DNA from: Azolla caroliniana
Lineage: Eukaryota > Plantae > Polypodiophyta
Assembly: GCA_043228905.1 (NCBI GenBank)
Contig: JBHGNT010000006.1
Coordinates: 14,632,001-14,696,000 of the forward strand
Length of the DNA stretch: 64,000 nucleotides
Direction of reading: 5' to 3'
Positions 52,007 through 64,000 of the stretch are shown piece after piece. A program made the translations under genes and the position numbers. Numbering within the stretch: the stretch's first letter is position 1; every line of letters starts with the position of its first letter. The notes beneath the pieces were generated by a model. The model saw nothing but the letters and a program-made list of their open reading frames with translations. It was not told where the DNA came from and made no database searches.

Positions 52007-53754
52007 ATGCTTCTCAATATCCATCCCTATCACTACCCTATTATCATCATAATCGTCATCCCTAACCGTAAAACTTATAACAAGGTGAGTCACTATCTTC
52101 GTACTCAACATTCCAAAGTCTACCATATGTGAAGTTCTTGCCTAAATCCATTTTTCCCTTCCTTTGGACTTCGCAAATATTAGGAGTAATACTCCTTCCT
52201 CGATGTAAACCAAACTCCATTCTATACTTAGGAAATTTTTTACTTTCACGTCCACTAGCTTGTTTTCAAAAATCTTGCTTGTATTACCCATAGATGACTT
52301 CAAGGTGACATCACCGCCAGACTTGAAAAGCGGCCTACAAGATTTCTCTTGTAGGAAGCTATCAGAACCCTTTTCACAGGAGACCTAATCTTATATGCTT
52401 GAAGGCGGGGGTTTTTTGGCGAGGTTCACTAAAAGATATTTAAGCTTTATGTGATTAGCACATAGAAGAAACCAATTATTTAATTATATGCTATAAGTAG
52501 GTTGATAAACCCCAAAATTACGCACATAGGTGTAGTATATTAGCTAATTTATTCAATATTCGTGTTCATGTTTTTAATAGAAAACACAAGTTTTTCAACA
52601 GGAATTTGATGCAGTGCATCAAATTCCCGTTGAAAGCACAACACTTCCCGTGTAGTACACTTTGATAAATAGATTAAAACTAATTAATAATAGAAAAGCA
52701 TCTTTAGGGAATCTTAAGAATTAGTTAGAAAAAGATACCTGGCAACTTTCTTTCCCTTGTTCATAGTGCCTACGTTGCGACTAGGTGTTCAAGATAGCAA
52801 ATTGAGGGTGCGAGAATGCTAGTGCTCTTGAGCTCTTGGAAATTTTTAACGCCATAATGAGACTAAGGAGATGACTTTCCTTTATATAGTAATTATTTAA
52901 AAAATTATTCTTCTGTAAAAAATAAATAAAGTTAATAATAATAAATTAAAAATATTTATTTTTTAATATGGTTTATTAGGAAGAAATTTTACCACTTTTC
53001 CCTCTTTTCATCTAATCTATCATCCTCACCATATCGTCAACATCGAGTAAAATTTCAGTATTTTCTGTGGAACCTTTTACATTATCTAATAACTCGTTAC
53101 TCTTAACCGAGGAATACAACTATCTAAATGTTCAATTGTGCCAACGTCAAGATTCAAACAATGATATTGGGCAAAAATCGAACTCCCTTTTTTCGACCAA
53201 GCCATTTAAGTCAAACAATGATATCCAAAAAAGTAAAGTTGTTGCAAATAGTGAAAAGGTTGATTCATCAATGAACAAGGACTACATTAACCAACCTCTT
53301 AATTTTAGAAGAATTCCCCGGTAAGTGAGTGTCAAAAGATATAATTTTGTGTGTTCAGATCATCAAATTGTGTTTGATACAAGCAAACCATGTTGTAGGA
53401 ATCTTTGTCTTTTGAAATTTGGAAAGGCAAACTTGAGGGGATTGCGACATTCGTATTTGTCACTTAATGGTGACGAACAAGATACATTTTTTATTTCACA
53501 TATGCAACTTGTTAAGGACCATACATGAGGGCCAAGCTCAATGCATATCGAATATTACCTTGCACTAAGTATAAAGAGTTGCCAAGTTGCTTTCAAAATT
53601 GCTTATAGCATTAGTAACATGAGGCTCCAAAGAATTCAAACTCGGTTAGTAAAGGGTTCATGGGTACCATTCAACAATAAAGTATCTGGATGTAAGGGTC
53701 TGGTTGGGCGCCATGCCGGTAGGTGGATGGAGATATATTTCTCAAAGCAATGTG

Positions 53755-54240
53755 ATATTATGCCCACAACTAGAAGATTACATTTGTCAGATAACTAAGT
53801 GTATAAGGATGACATGCTATTAGAAAGTGTACCTTATATACAATATCGACATTTTAATCGGTTATGGAGGTTGTTGTTTGACAATGTGGTCATACCGCTT
53901 AAGGTCCGAATGGGTGTTTGATTTGTATGTGCAATTTTAAAAAGTATGGCAAAGAGAGGGAGAACAGATGAAGAAATAAAGAATTATATTATGCCCACAA
54001 CTGGAATATTACATTTGTCAAATAACTTCACTCGTCATGAGGTTTACCAAGCATATAAGGATGACATGCTATTAGAAAGTGTACCTTATATACAATATCG
54101 GCATTTTAATCTATTATGGACGTTGCATTTTGGCAATGTGGTCATACCGCGTAAGGTTCGAATGGGTGTTTGATCTGTATGTGCAAGTTTAAAAAGCATG
54201 GCAAAGAGTGGGAGAATAGCTGAAGAAATAAAGAATTATA
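53755..54240 (+). repeat. tandem duplication of about 230-250 bp within the transposase
   Basis: ATTATGCCCACAACT...GAAGAAATAAAGAATTA occurs twice. Confidence 0.85.
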
Positions 54241-54354
54241 AGAATTTATCAAAAGAACATCGTGAAAGTCAAGTGTTGGAAATATCTATAGTGAACCATT
54301 CTTGATTTGCCTGTTAGATGCCGTATTGAACTATTCTTGCTTGTTCCTCCCACC

Positions 54355-54437
54355 AGCCCACGACCGGACTTGAACCGGCTAGTTTCCCGCCAACCGGGTG
54401 GTACATAAGAATGCTCTATCCTTTGAGCTACGTGAGC
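54355..54437 (-). ncRNA. tRNA-like cloverleaf (SINE head or atypical tRNA) inserted in the transposase
   Basis: Acceptor GCTCACG/CGTGGGC, D-arm GCTC/GAGC, T-arm GCCGG-TTCAAGT-CCGGT, enlarged anticodon loop. Confidence 0.65.
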
Positions 54438-55779
54438 CAAAATAGCCAATGTTGTTTCTATTACTAAAAAATTGTTCTATGCACCACCAAAAAAAAGTGC
54501 TTCGATCACCGGAAAGGTCCACGTGCTTGATTTTAGATGGCATGGATCAGAAGAAAATTTGTTTGGCACACTTTCGAAGGTTGTCGAAGGATATTGGAGA
54601 TGAATGCCTACAGCAGATGCACTTAGTAGATTGTCTGCCCTATTGTCTGACAATAAGGCCTCAAGTGTTCCTAACTTATCCTAATCTCCATAACGACCCT
54701 AATCTTACACTAACAGTCATGTAGAGAGTTTTACAGTCTTGACAAGGTATTCTCCCGCCAATATTATACGTGCAACTAGACAACACGGCAAGAGAAAACA
54801 AAAACTCAACTGTGTTCGGTTATTTAAGCATGTTTGTAGTTGGTCACACACATGATCATATAGATCAAATTTTTAGTAGGTTCTTGAAGAAACTAGCAAG
54901 ATTTGATGCTTTCACGCTTCCTACGCTATCAAAGTTGATCATTGAAGCCTATACCCCAAAGCCAGAAGTACAACATTTGGATGAAGTTTATGATTTTAAA
55001 CACTTCTGCGTAGATGGTGATGGGACTCTATGTAGGGTTCTTGCCCCGCTTAATAATATAAGTTATAACCACGTCTATAAAAAGAAGTTCTATAAACTAC
55101 AACCAGACGTTGTTGTATGCCAAACATAACTCATCTAGTTCACAATGGAAGCACCAAGAGGGATGTAGGTTCTTATTGTGTTTTCTAGATGCGGCAATCC
55201 ATGGTGCAAAACAAATGTCGTATGACGACCATAAAAGATTGACTCCTGGTAGTTCGATTGAAGAGAAAAAGATACATTGGATGTGGTGCCTTGAAGAGAA
55301 ACAGAAAAATATTAAGCGCACCAAGAAGTATGTTGGTGATCAGGATGTTGAATGGTGGGATAGCTTCTTTAACCATTAGCATACAATTTTAGTTAACCAC
55401 TTTGTCGATTACTGGCCACTCCAAAGTCAATTCAAATGGAATATTGGTGGCCAATCAATGGTGACCACGACTAATGTGCAATTACTAGCTTTGGGAAGTG
55501 ATAGTTCTGATACATGATTAGTTAATATTGTATTTTACATCAAGATGCTAATTCTCGAATATGTATAAATATGGGTGGTAGTCCTTTTCTAAAATTTGTA
55601 CATTCTTTTGTAACTTTCGCGTGCCAATTATTTAGGCAATTTTTGGAAGCCCTAAAATTTTGGACATGCTAAAATCAATATATTTTGGGTCGTTTTAAAA
55701 AAGGTTTATGCATGTCACACCCCTTTTTATTTTACGACCTATTTTGTGCCTTTTTTTGACGAACAGTTCTTAAAACACG

Positions 55780-58353
55780 ACATATTACCTGTTTCTAATG
55801 ACCCAGTGTTGGAAGATGAAGATGCCGGAATACGGCAATGAGGTAGACACATCGGATTGAAGCGAATTCGATGTGACCAGGAGCAAAGAGGGAACTCTGA
55901 CGATGAGGTCGAAGTTTGCCGAGAGGACCACGAAATCAATGAACTAGAAGTTACGCTGATCCACCCGCCAGAAGAATCTTATAATTCAGTACGGGTATAA
56001 TGAGTATATGGGGCATCATTATGCATATATGGCGAAGGTGGAAAATGTGTGTGAGCCGGAGTGCTACACAAAAGCGGCGAAGGACGCGAATTAGCGTGCC
56101 GCTATGGAGGAAGAGATGCGTGCACTAACGGAGAACGAGACTTGGGACCTGGTTGACACCCGGAAGGGAGTGAAGCCGATCGGATATAGGTGGGTGTACA
56201 AGGTCAAGTACAATGCCGATAGCTTGGTCAACCGATATAAGGCCCGATTAGTGGCGACGGGCTACGTGCAGAAACACAACGTCGATTACGATGCGACCTT
56301 CGCGCCAATTGCGAAGATGACAATTGTCCGTGTATTGCTAGCGTTAGCAGTGGCAAAGGGGTGGCACCTACATCAAATGGATGTAAAGAACGTGTTCCTA
56401 CAAGGCGATCTTGAGGAACAAGTGTACATGATACAACCCCCTGGATTTCTATTCGAACGAAACACCTAGGCAATTTGCCGATTGAAGAAGTCGTTGTATG
56501 GACTCAAGCAAGCCCCGCATGCCTGAAACACAAAGATCACACAACGACTTCGTAAGATGGGGTTTGCCCCAGCAAATTTGGAGACTTCATTGTTCATTCG
56601 GCTGAGTCGGACTGTATTGATTAGCATTGTACTATATGTTGATGATTTAGTAAAGCCTCAGCTTGCGGCATCATTCGAAATGAAGGATCTGGGGGACCTT
56701 CATTACTTCCTCGGGATCAAAGTGATCCGAACCCCCCAAGGCATATTGATCAACCAACGCCATTATGTGCTCAATATGCTCTTTAAGTTCGGGATGGCGG
56801 ATTGTAAGTCCGTCTCAACCCCTCTGGACAGAAACGTGAAGCTTCGCCAGAATTCGGGAATGGCGTCCGACGCTACATGGTTCCGAAAAATTGTCGGAAG
56901 CCTCATTTATTTGACGATCACTCGGCTGGACCTCTATTACCCGGTCGGCTTGATCAGTCAATTCATGTCGCAACCAAAAGCCGAACACCTTCAATGGACG
57001 CAAAGGTTATTGTGGTATGTTAGTGGCACTGGTGTTGTTGTATCGGGCAGGAGTAGCCAATGAGTTACTCGGCTACACGGATGCCGATTGGGCTGGAAAT
57101 GTTGGCGCTCGCAGGTCAACATCTGGATTCACATTTTCATTGGGAAGCGTTGCGATCAACTGGAGCAGTAAAAAGTAGTTGGCAGTGGCATTGTCGAGCA
57201 CTGAGGCTGAGTATCGAGGGACGGTTGTCACCACGTGCGAATCCATTTGGCTCAAAAGGCTATTAAAGGATTTGCATGTAGAGATGTCTGAGCCGACAAT
57301 CATATACTACGACAACCTTAGCAGCATCCAGTTAGCAAAGAACCCCGTCTTCCATGCCCGGACCAAGCACATCGAGGTGCACTATCATTTCGTCCGTGAC
57401 CGTGTCCTCTCTAGTGAAGTCAAACTTGTGTATGTTCCGATTGATCGACAGGTGGCCGATATCTTCACCAAACCTCTTGGCCTAGACAAGTTGTGACATT
57501 TTTCAAGTATGCTCGGCTTATAACATCTCGATTTCGGCACGACTAACGAAGTCAGAACATCCAGATTGGCTGGAGAAGCCGAGGACGCATGGACATGTGG
57601 AAGGAGATCGGCTAAGCAAAGACTAGCGACATGCAGGGAGAGCGACCGAAAGAGAGAGCCGAAGCTAGAGCCAACTAAACCAAGGGGAGGTGAAGCCTAG
57701 AAGGGCATGAAATGCGGGAGAGTTGAAAAGGACAAAGCCGACCGAGCGAAGGCCAGAACCAAGACATGGGCAGATGTGGTCAAGGGCTAGAAAGAGGACG
57801 ATTTGGAGACAACTGATTTGGTCAAGAGTTGAAGTGAATCAGAAGCCGATTCGATCAAAATGTTTGATTTAGAGGAGCCGAATCGATTGGCCAAGCGGAC
57901 AAGGAGGTGGTCGAAGCCGACACTGATATGGAAGAGTGTACGGGTCAAGGGGCGCCAACACCGCGACAACGACTAACCTGACTTGGGCCAAAGAAGCAAA
58001 TAAGCCGATCGTAGGGGTCTAGGTATGCGGAACCAAACGAGTCGAGGAGCACTGAACCGAAGGGGTCATGGGACACGAGGTTGAATTGGACGAGGACTAC
58101 GAGCAAGGCGTCGGGACACTAGGAGATGTTGGAATGACAAACCACAGGGTGGGACCTCAAGTTGAGCTTGAGGGGGAGTGTTGAGATACAAGCTCAACAT
58201 GGGCCAAATCAGCTGAAGAGCCGAGGGCCGAGAGTTGAGAGCCGAATCGAATAGAGTTCGATTGGGGTGTGTTGAGCCGGATGAAATCCGAAAAAGGCCA
58301 TTGAGGGCCTATATTCCTATTATAGTAAATAGGAATATTGTAGGCAGAATTAG
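55780..58353 (+). mobile_element. 5'-truncated copia I (family of A): RT-RNase H pseudogene, PPT and partial 3' LTR (58179-~58353)
   Basis: RT/RH ORFs 56104-57496 closely similar to A; PPT TTGAGGGGGAG followed by TGTTGAG. Confidence 0.85.
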
Positions 58354-61300
58354 TGTAAGGCTCATTTATGAGTATTAGAGATCTAAGTACTAAAGTAAGC
58401 TTAAGATAAGGATAAACAAATGATAGATAGAAAGGAGAAAGAGAAAGAAGGGTGCTGATCCACCCAACCACCCCCGAGCAAAGGGATCGAGACGGACTCG
58501 AGCCTCGATCGGCGTCCCATACCACCGCCGTGGCGTCGAGTCATACCTGGTGCTGGCGCGCTCGCTACAAGAGTTGACCCACCACAAGAGCAAAGTCTCG
58601 ATGTAGTAAAAAGATGATCAAATGAGGGTAGCTAGGCCTCTTATTTATAGCGATACCCAAGGCCCCCAGGCAAGTTCACACTTGACCTAATGGGTTGTCT
58701 CAATCCCGAGGATTAAAAGTAATCCTCCCCTTCTTTACACTCTCGTTTAACCCTCACACTTATCCACGTGTATAGAATACTACGGTAAATTCTCACCACG
58801 GGATATTAAATGGTCATGCCCGTAACATACTCCCCCCTCTTTAAAACATTGCACTCTTGCAATGGAAAGTTAGGGAAATTAGTTCTGAGAGTATTTTCGC
58901 GTTCCCATGTGGCATCTTTTATTGATTTATCCATCCATTTTATTTTAAATTCTCAGATTTCTTTAGTACGTAATTCTTTTGTTTTAACATCGAGAATTCT
59001 TTCTGGTACATGTGGTTTAGAAGATAATTCTTCAGAAGTAACCAGAGTTTCAGTTGTAACTGTATTGTCGTCAGAACCTAGAAGTTCTTTTAGACGACTC
59101 AAATGAAAGATTGGATGAATTCCGACACCATCGGGAAGAGCGAGACGATAGGCTGATGACCCAATCGGTTTGAGGACTATAAAAGGTCCACAAAACCGTG
59201 GGGCTAACTTAGCGCACTTACCCATAGACAATGTCTTAGAATTGTGAGGTACACGTAAAAATACCTTCTGTCCAGGGTTGAATACACGAGGTTGCCTATG
59301 ATGATCGGCATAAAAACGCGCTCTATCTTGAACTGTTTTTATATTATCTCGTGCAATATGCAACATATCTTGCATATCCCGAAGAAAGTTTTGCGTACTT
59401 CGCAACTCATCATGATGTATATTAACATCAATCGGGGTTCATGGCTGAAAACCATACATCAACATAAAAGGACTATATCCCGTCGACGTATGCTTGGAGC
59501 TGTTATAAGCAAACTCCAAAATTGGGAGATAACTTCCCATTTTGTTGGTTTTGCACCAATGTATGCTCGAAGCATGTCCTCAATAATTTGATTTACTCGT
59601 TCTGTCTGTCCATCGGATTGAGGATGATCCATGGAGCTCATGCTCAACGTAGTTTCTAACTTCTTAAAGACTTGCGTCCAGAAGTCACTAGTAAACTTTG
59701 GATCTCGATCACTCACGATATCCATCAGTAACCCATAAAAACGAAACAATTCGTCAACGAATTGGTAAGCCAATTCAGGAGCTGTTACCGTGGTTTTAGT
59801 AGCAATAAATCTGGCCATTTTAGCTAGTCGATCAACGACAACCCAGATGGCATCATGACCTTTTTGGGTGCGAGGAAGGCTAACAATAAAATCCATGGAT
59901 ATACTTTCCCACTTATTATTGGGAATGTCCAAGGGATGTAAAAGTCCTGCGGCTTTAAGTCGCTCGGCTTTGTTAACCTGACACTGGTGACATTTAGTCA
60001 CATAGCTATGTTGTCAGGACGCATCTTAGGCCAATAAAATTGAGTGGAGATGAGAACGAGTGTACGATGTATTCCAGGGTGCCCTGTTGAGGGTGCATCA
60101 TGGCATTCATAAAGAATCCTCTTTTTGACCTCGGGTAAATCTAGAACACAAACCTTCCCATTACGGTAGAGCAAACCGTTAGCAATGTGGAAGTATTCCT
60201 TCGAGGATGTGGTGGTGTCTCTTTCAGACTCAACTCTTGCCCAGTATTTTGCAAAATAACTGTCATCAGGATACTTTCCTCGAAGGTGATCATAAAGATC
60301 TGATGTTATTTCAGTGAAGCTAAGCATGTTAACTTCACGGATGCGACTTAGTGCATCAGCGACAGTGTTCATGGAACCTTTACGATATCGTATGGAAAAA
60401 TCAAAGTCCTGGATGAGATCAGCCCATCGTGCCTTACGACCTTTCAGGTCTTGTTGGTCACAAAAATATTTCAAGGACTCGTGGTTCGTAGTTACCACAA
60501 AGCGATTTCCATAAAGATAATGGCGCCATGTTTTGAGCGCATGTATAACTGCAAATAATTCCTTTTCTTGAACGGTATACTGACATTGAGCAGAATCAAG
60601 TTTCTTACTCTCGAATGCTATTGGTTTACCATCTTGATACAAGACAGCACCTATAGCATAATCGCTTGCATCGGTTTCAACCTCAAAAGGTTTTGAAGGA
60701 TCAGGTAAAAGAAGTGAAGGAGCCTTGCAAACCAGGTCCTTGAGTTCCTTAAAGGCGAGGTCTAGTGTAGCATTCCACACAATAGGTTTTGTAGACTTAC
60801 GCGTTTGACCTTTTAAAAGATCAGTAAACGGCGTCGTCAATTGGGAGTAATTACAAAGAGACTTTCGCAAAAACCCGACAAAACCAAGGAATGATCGAAC
60901 TTCTCGAATATTCCGAAGAGTGGGCCAAAGCTTGATTTTCTCAATGCGAGAAGGATCAATTTCAACTCCTCGTTCGGTTATGAGATGTCCTAGATAAGTA
61001 ATTGATTTCTTGAAGAACTCACATTTTGAGATCTTCGCATAAAACTGTTTGTCACGCACTGTTTGTAAAACAAAGCGGACATGTCTAGCATGTTCTTGTA
61101 ATGTACGGTTATAAACTAAAATATCATCCAAGAAAATAACGACAAATTTTCCAAGTTGTTCTCGGAAAATGTCATTCATTTCTTGTTGAAAAGTAGTCGA
61201 AGCATTGGTCAGACCAAAAGGCATAACCAAAAACTCGTAATGGCCATAGCGCGTACGAAATGCCGTTTTAGGAACATCGTCCTCACTTATTCGTATTTGA

Positions 61301-62370
61301 TGGTAGCCAGTACGGAGATCAAGTTTCGTAAAATACCGAGCTCCTTGGAGACGGTCAATTAGATCGTCCGCCTGGGGCAATGGGTACGAATTCTTGATCA
61401 TCACTTTATTCAAGCGTCAGTAATTAATACACATACGCCATGTGCCCTCTTTCTTTTTAACCAAGAGAACGGGTGCACCCCATGGAGATTTACTATAACG
61501 TATATAACCCATTCGTAAATAGTCCTTGAGTTGCTTAGATACTTCATCTTCTTCGGATCAACTTAAGCGATACGGAGGTATACTTATTGGTGCAACACCA
61601 GGTACAATATCTATACGATGGTCTATATTACGTTTAGGAGGTAACCCATCAGGTAGTTCACTTGGAAAAACATCATGAAAATCATTTAAGATTTCATCAA
61701 GTTGTTGTTGTTCAAAATATGTTAATTGAACCGGGACATTATCGATATTGTAAATGTGAATTTCCGGATCAAGTACACAATAAAATAATGTAGAACAAGA
61801 CAACTCGGATATTGATGGACATGAGGAAACAATCGAGAGGGATTGTTTTTTTACACATTGAATAAAATGCGTACAATCGTTCAGTACAAAAGAAATGGAA
61901 TGACGAACCCAATCAATAAATAAAGAAGAGTTTTTATTATAAAACCAGGGATAACCCAGTATTACATCGGTGGTACAAAGATTCATTACATGGAAGTCTA
62001 CTTCCTCTATATAAGTATCAATAGAAATTCCTAATGAATGAATCGCCCCGTTGATGTATTGTACTCTTCCATCAGCCAACTGCACCGTGTAGGTGTGATC
62101 ACTTACGGTGGGTTGGATTCCCCATATCTGAACCAAACGATCATTCACAAAATTGTGTGAGCTTCCCGAATCAAATAAAAATTGTACGGGAGATCCATTG
62201 ATATACCCGTTTGCACGTAGTAAATCATTGGGACCCAATACATAGTGAGGGAAAGAACATTGACAATTACTTAAATGATGTGTATAGACCTGAAGGACAT
62301 TAGGAATATGACCTTTATGGTCTGCAGATTTAGCTTTGTTGTCGTGCTCTTTCCGTTGGAGCTTTCGACA
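58354..62370 (-). mobile_element. 5'-truncated chromovirus Ty3/gypsy J with 3' LTR (~58354-58827)
   Basis: [40 protein letters not shown], chromodomain PERIL...KW...ATWE, PPT next to 58827; left LTR boundary approximate. Confidence 0.88.
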
Positions 62371-62388
62371 CCCTAAACCCTAAACCCT
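62371..62388. repeat. interstitial telomere repeat (CCCTAAA)2CCCT
   Basis: Seen directly at the J truncation point. Confidence 0.8.
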
Positions 62389-62806
62389 GCCACAAGAACC
62401 AATCAAATGGAGAATTGGAGATGATTGTGTGTAATTGGAGAATCGAGATAGAATGTATTATTATCGTGTAATTGATGAACTTGACAATTTATCGCTATGT
62501 GCTTGCACCATCACAATATAGATAGATATACACAATTTGCTTAGTGGTGTAGTTATAGAGTCCATGGATCGAAACATGAAAGAGTTGTTGCCTCACTAGC
62601 AAAGTGTTGACAATGCCTTTCAGATTGTCATACATATTCATTGGATGTAGAGTCAGTCATTAGGCTCCTATCCTACTAAGTGCGTACATTGGGTGGGAGG
62701 GATATGTACATACATACATACATATTTCCTACCCAATAAATAAATATCTCTCCTACTTTCGAGAGTTACCGCGGAGTGTAGGCAAGGGAAGGCTTAGGTT
62801 TCCTAA

Positions 62807-62835
62807 TACATACATACATACATACATACATACAT
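62807..62835. repeat. (CATA)n microsatellite upstream of the host ORF
   Basis: Seen directly. Confidence 0.85.
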
Positions 62836-62891
62836 AAAAGCAGCAGGAGGCCTACTTTCGTAATTTCGCAAATCTACTACTACAGTCAGCC

Positions 62892-63913
62892 ATGGATGCT
62901 GTTTCGCCGCACCCGCCGTTTCTTCGCACGCCGCCTGCCTCTTCCTCCTCCTCTTCTTCTTCTTCTTCTAGACAGTTCTTTCGATTTGAAGCTTTCTCCT
63001 CCATCCATGGACCCTCACACAGTTACTCAAGCTTTCAGCCTAAGAACCCTGAGGGAAAACCGGATCTTCCTCTTCCTCCTCCTCGTCTGCTGCACCATCG
63101 CACTGTGAACAAGGAGCAGCAGAAGGCTTTGCTTAGATTTCTTCTACTCGAGGCCCTGCAGAAAATTGAAGAAAAAGAAAGTAGAGACCTCATCATTCAG
63201 AGGTTTAAAGGGCTACATAGCTCTCAGGAAGGTTAGACATTTCTTTGCCATTTTTGTTTTCATAAAGATACACTGTTTCTCTGTTCATGGTGTATCGGAG
63301 CGGAAGCTATTCTGTATAGATCTGTTTTCTTGACAATTCCATGATGACTGAACCATGTAAAATCATATGAATTGATGAGATATTCAGAGATCATGTTTAA
63401 AATCAGCAGTTTATTTCTTATCCTAAATTGTGTCATACCCATATAGATAGTTTCTTCTTCTTTTTGTGTTCTTTTACAGTGTCATGAAAAACGGCTTTTT
63501 CTGTATCACGATGTGCATCTTGACCATAGGTAATACGAAGTGATGAGACATACCAAAAGTGGATGTTTAAAAGTCGTCAGTGTATTTTGTGATTCTATAC
63601 TGTGAGAAGTATCAAGAGAATGATTGAACGAGAAATACCATTTTCTGGTGTTTTTTCTTACTGTATTATCGAACAGAAGAATCTATTTTTACTATGTGTG
63701 TGTGGTGTGTGAGAGAGAGAGAGAGAGAGATGATAAATGCGGAATTGTTGGTTGCTCAGGAACTAACCATGGAGATGAAGAACCAACTAAAGAGGATACA
63801 AGTCTCACTTCTCTGCGTCGCTTGAAAGTTCTTGATGTTCATGAGTATGTGCACTCTTCTCTTCAGACCAGTTACCTCAGAGGCCTGGTCCAGAATAGGA
63901 CAGTGGATGAATT
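62892..63913 (+). CDS. probable host gene, first exons (62892-63231 and 63760-63913), product unknown, Ser-rich transit-peptide-like N-terminus
   Basis: GCCATGG start context; G|GTTAG donor; CTCAG acceptor in matching phase; TT|GTAAG donor; no TE motifs. Confidence 0.55.
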
Positions 63914-64000
63914 GTAAGGGTCAATGTCAGTCCGACTCAGGAATGCCGGGGCTATTCTCTTCTATTCTATTCCTGTTCATGTATAACTCTGGTCATGTCT

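Larger units (their letters stand above)
53325..55379 (+). pseudogene. DNA transposase pseudogene, Sola-like DDD type
   Basis: Cys-rich N-terminus (PCCRNLC, CQVAF), LILDGMDQ, QLDNTARENKN, VGHTHDHIDQIFS; no TIRs found. Confidence 0.7.

Noticed and set aside
63480-63529. Possible extra exon of the host gene
   Set aside because: Good AG/GT sites, but joining it to the donor at 63231 gives an immediate stop; cannot be supported without RNA data.

Overview
Eukaryotic land-plant DNA, most likely a fern or other non-seed plant (inferred from PLS-type PPR fragments and tRNA-Trp-primed gypsy elements). About 97% of the window is a nested cluster of transposable elements that can be rebuilt from LTRs, PBS/PPT sites, TSDs and interrupted reading frames. 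Outer gypsy H (3' part 47551-~52006) hosts gypsy G1 (fragments 4501-47550, with a long extra 3' ORF). G1 hosts copia A (to 4500, holding a solo LTR 2330-3423), copia B (5943-10873), and three related tRNA-Trp-primed gypsies with 4-bp TSDs: D (12613-19599), E (20882-30219) and F (30454-43702, minus). E's 3' LTR holds a 5'-truncated LINE carrying MAPK and PPR gene fragments; F holds a young copia C (32974-38407). Downstream are a Sola-like transposase pseudogene with a tRNA-like insert, a truncated copia I, a truncated chromovirus J ending at telomere repeats, and the first exons of a probable host gene at 62892. The most notable signals are in the D/E/F lineage: a -1 frameshift cassette between protease and RT with a conserved stem, CG-centred target sites, a covarying hairpin before the PPT, a DHG protease triad, and tandem tRNA-like Pol III modules in the F LTR. 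All calls come from manual reading; no database searches were run.
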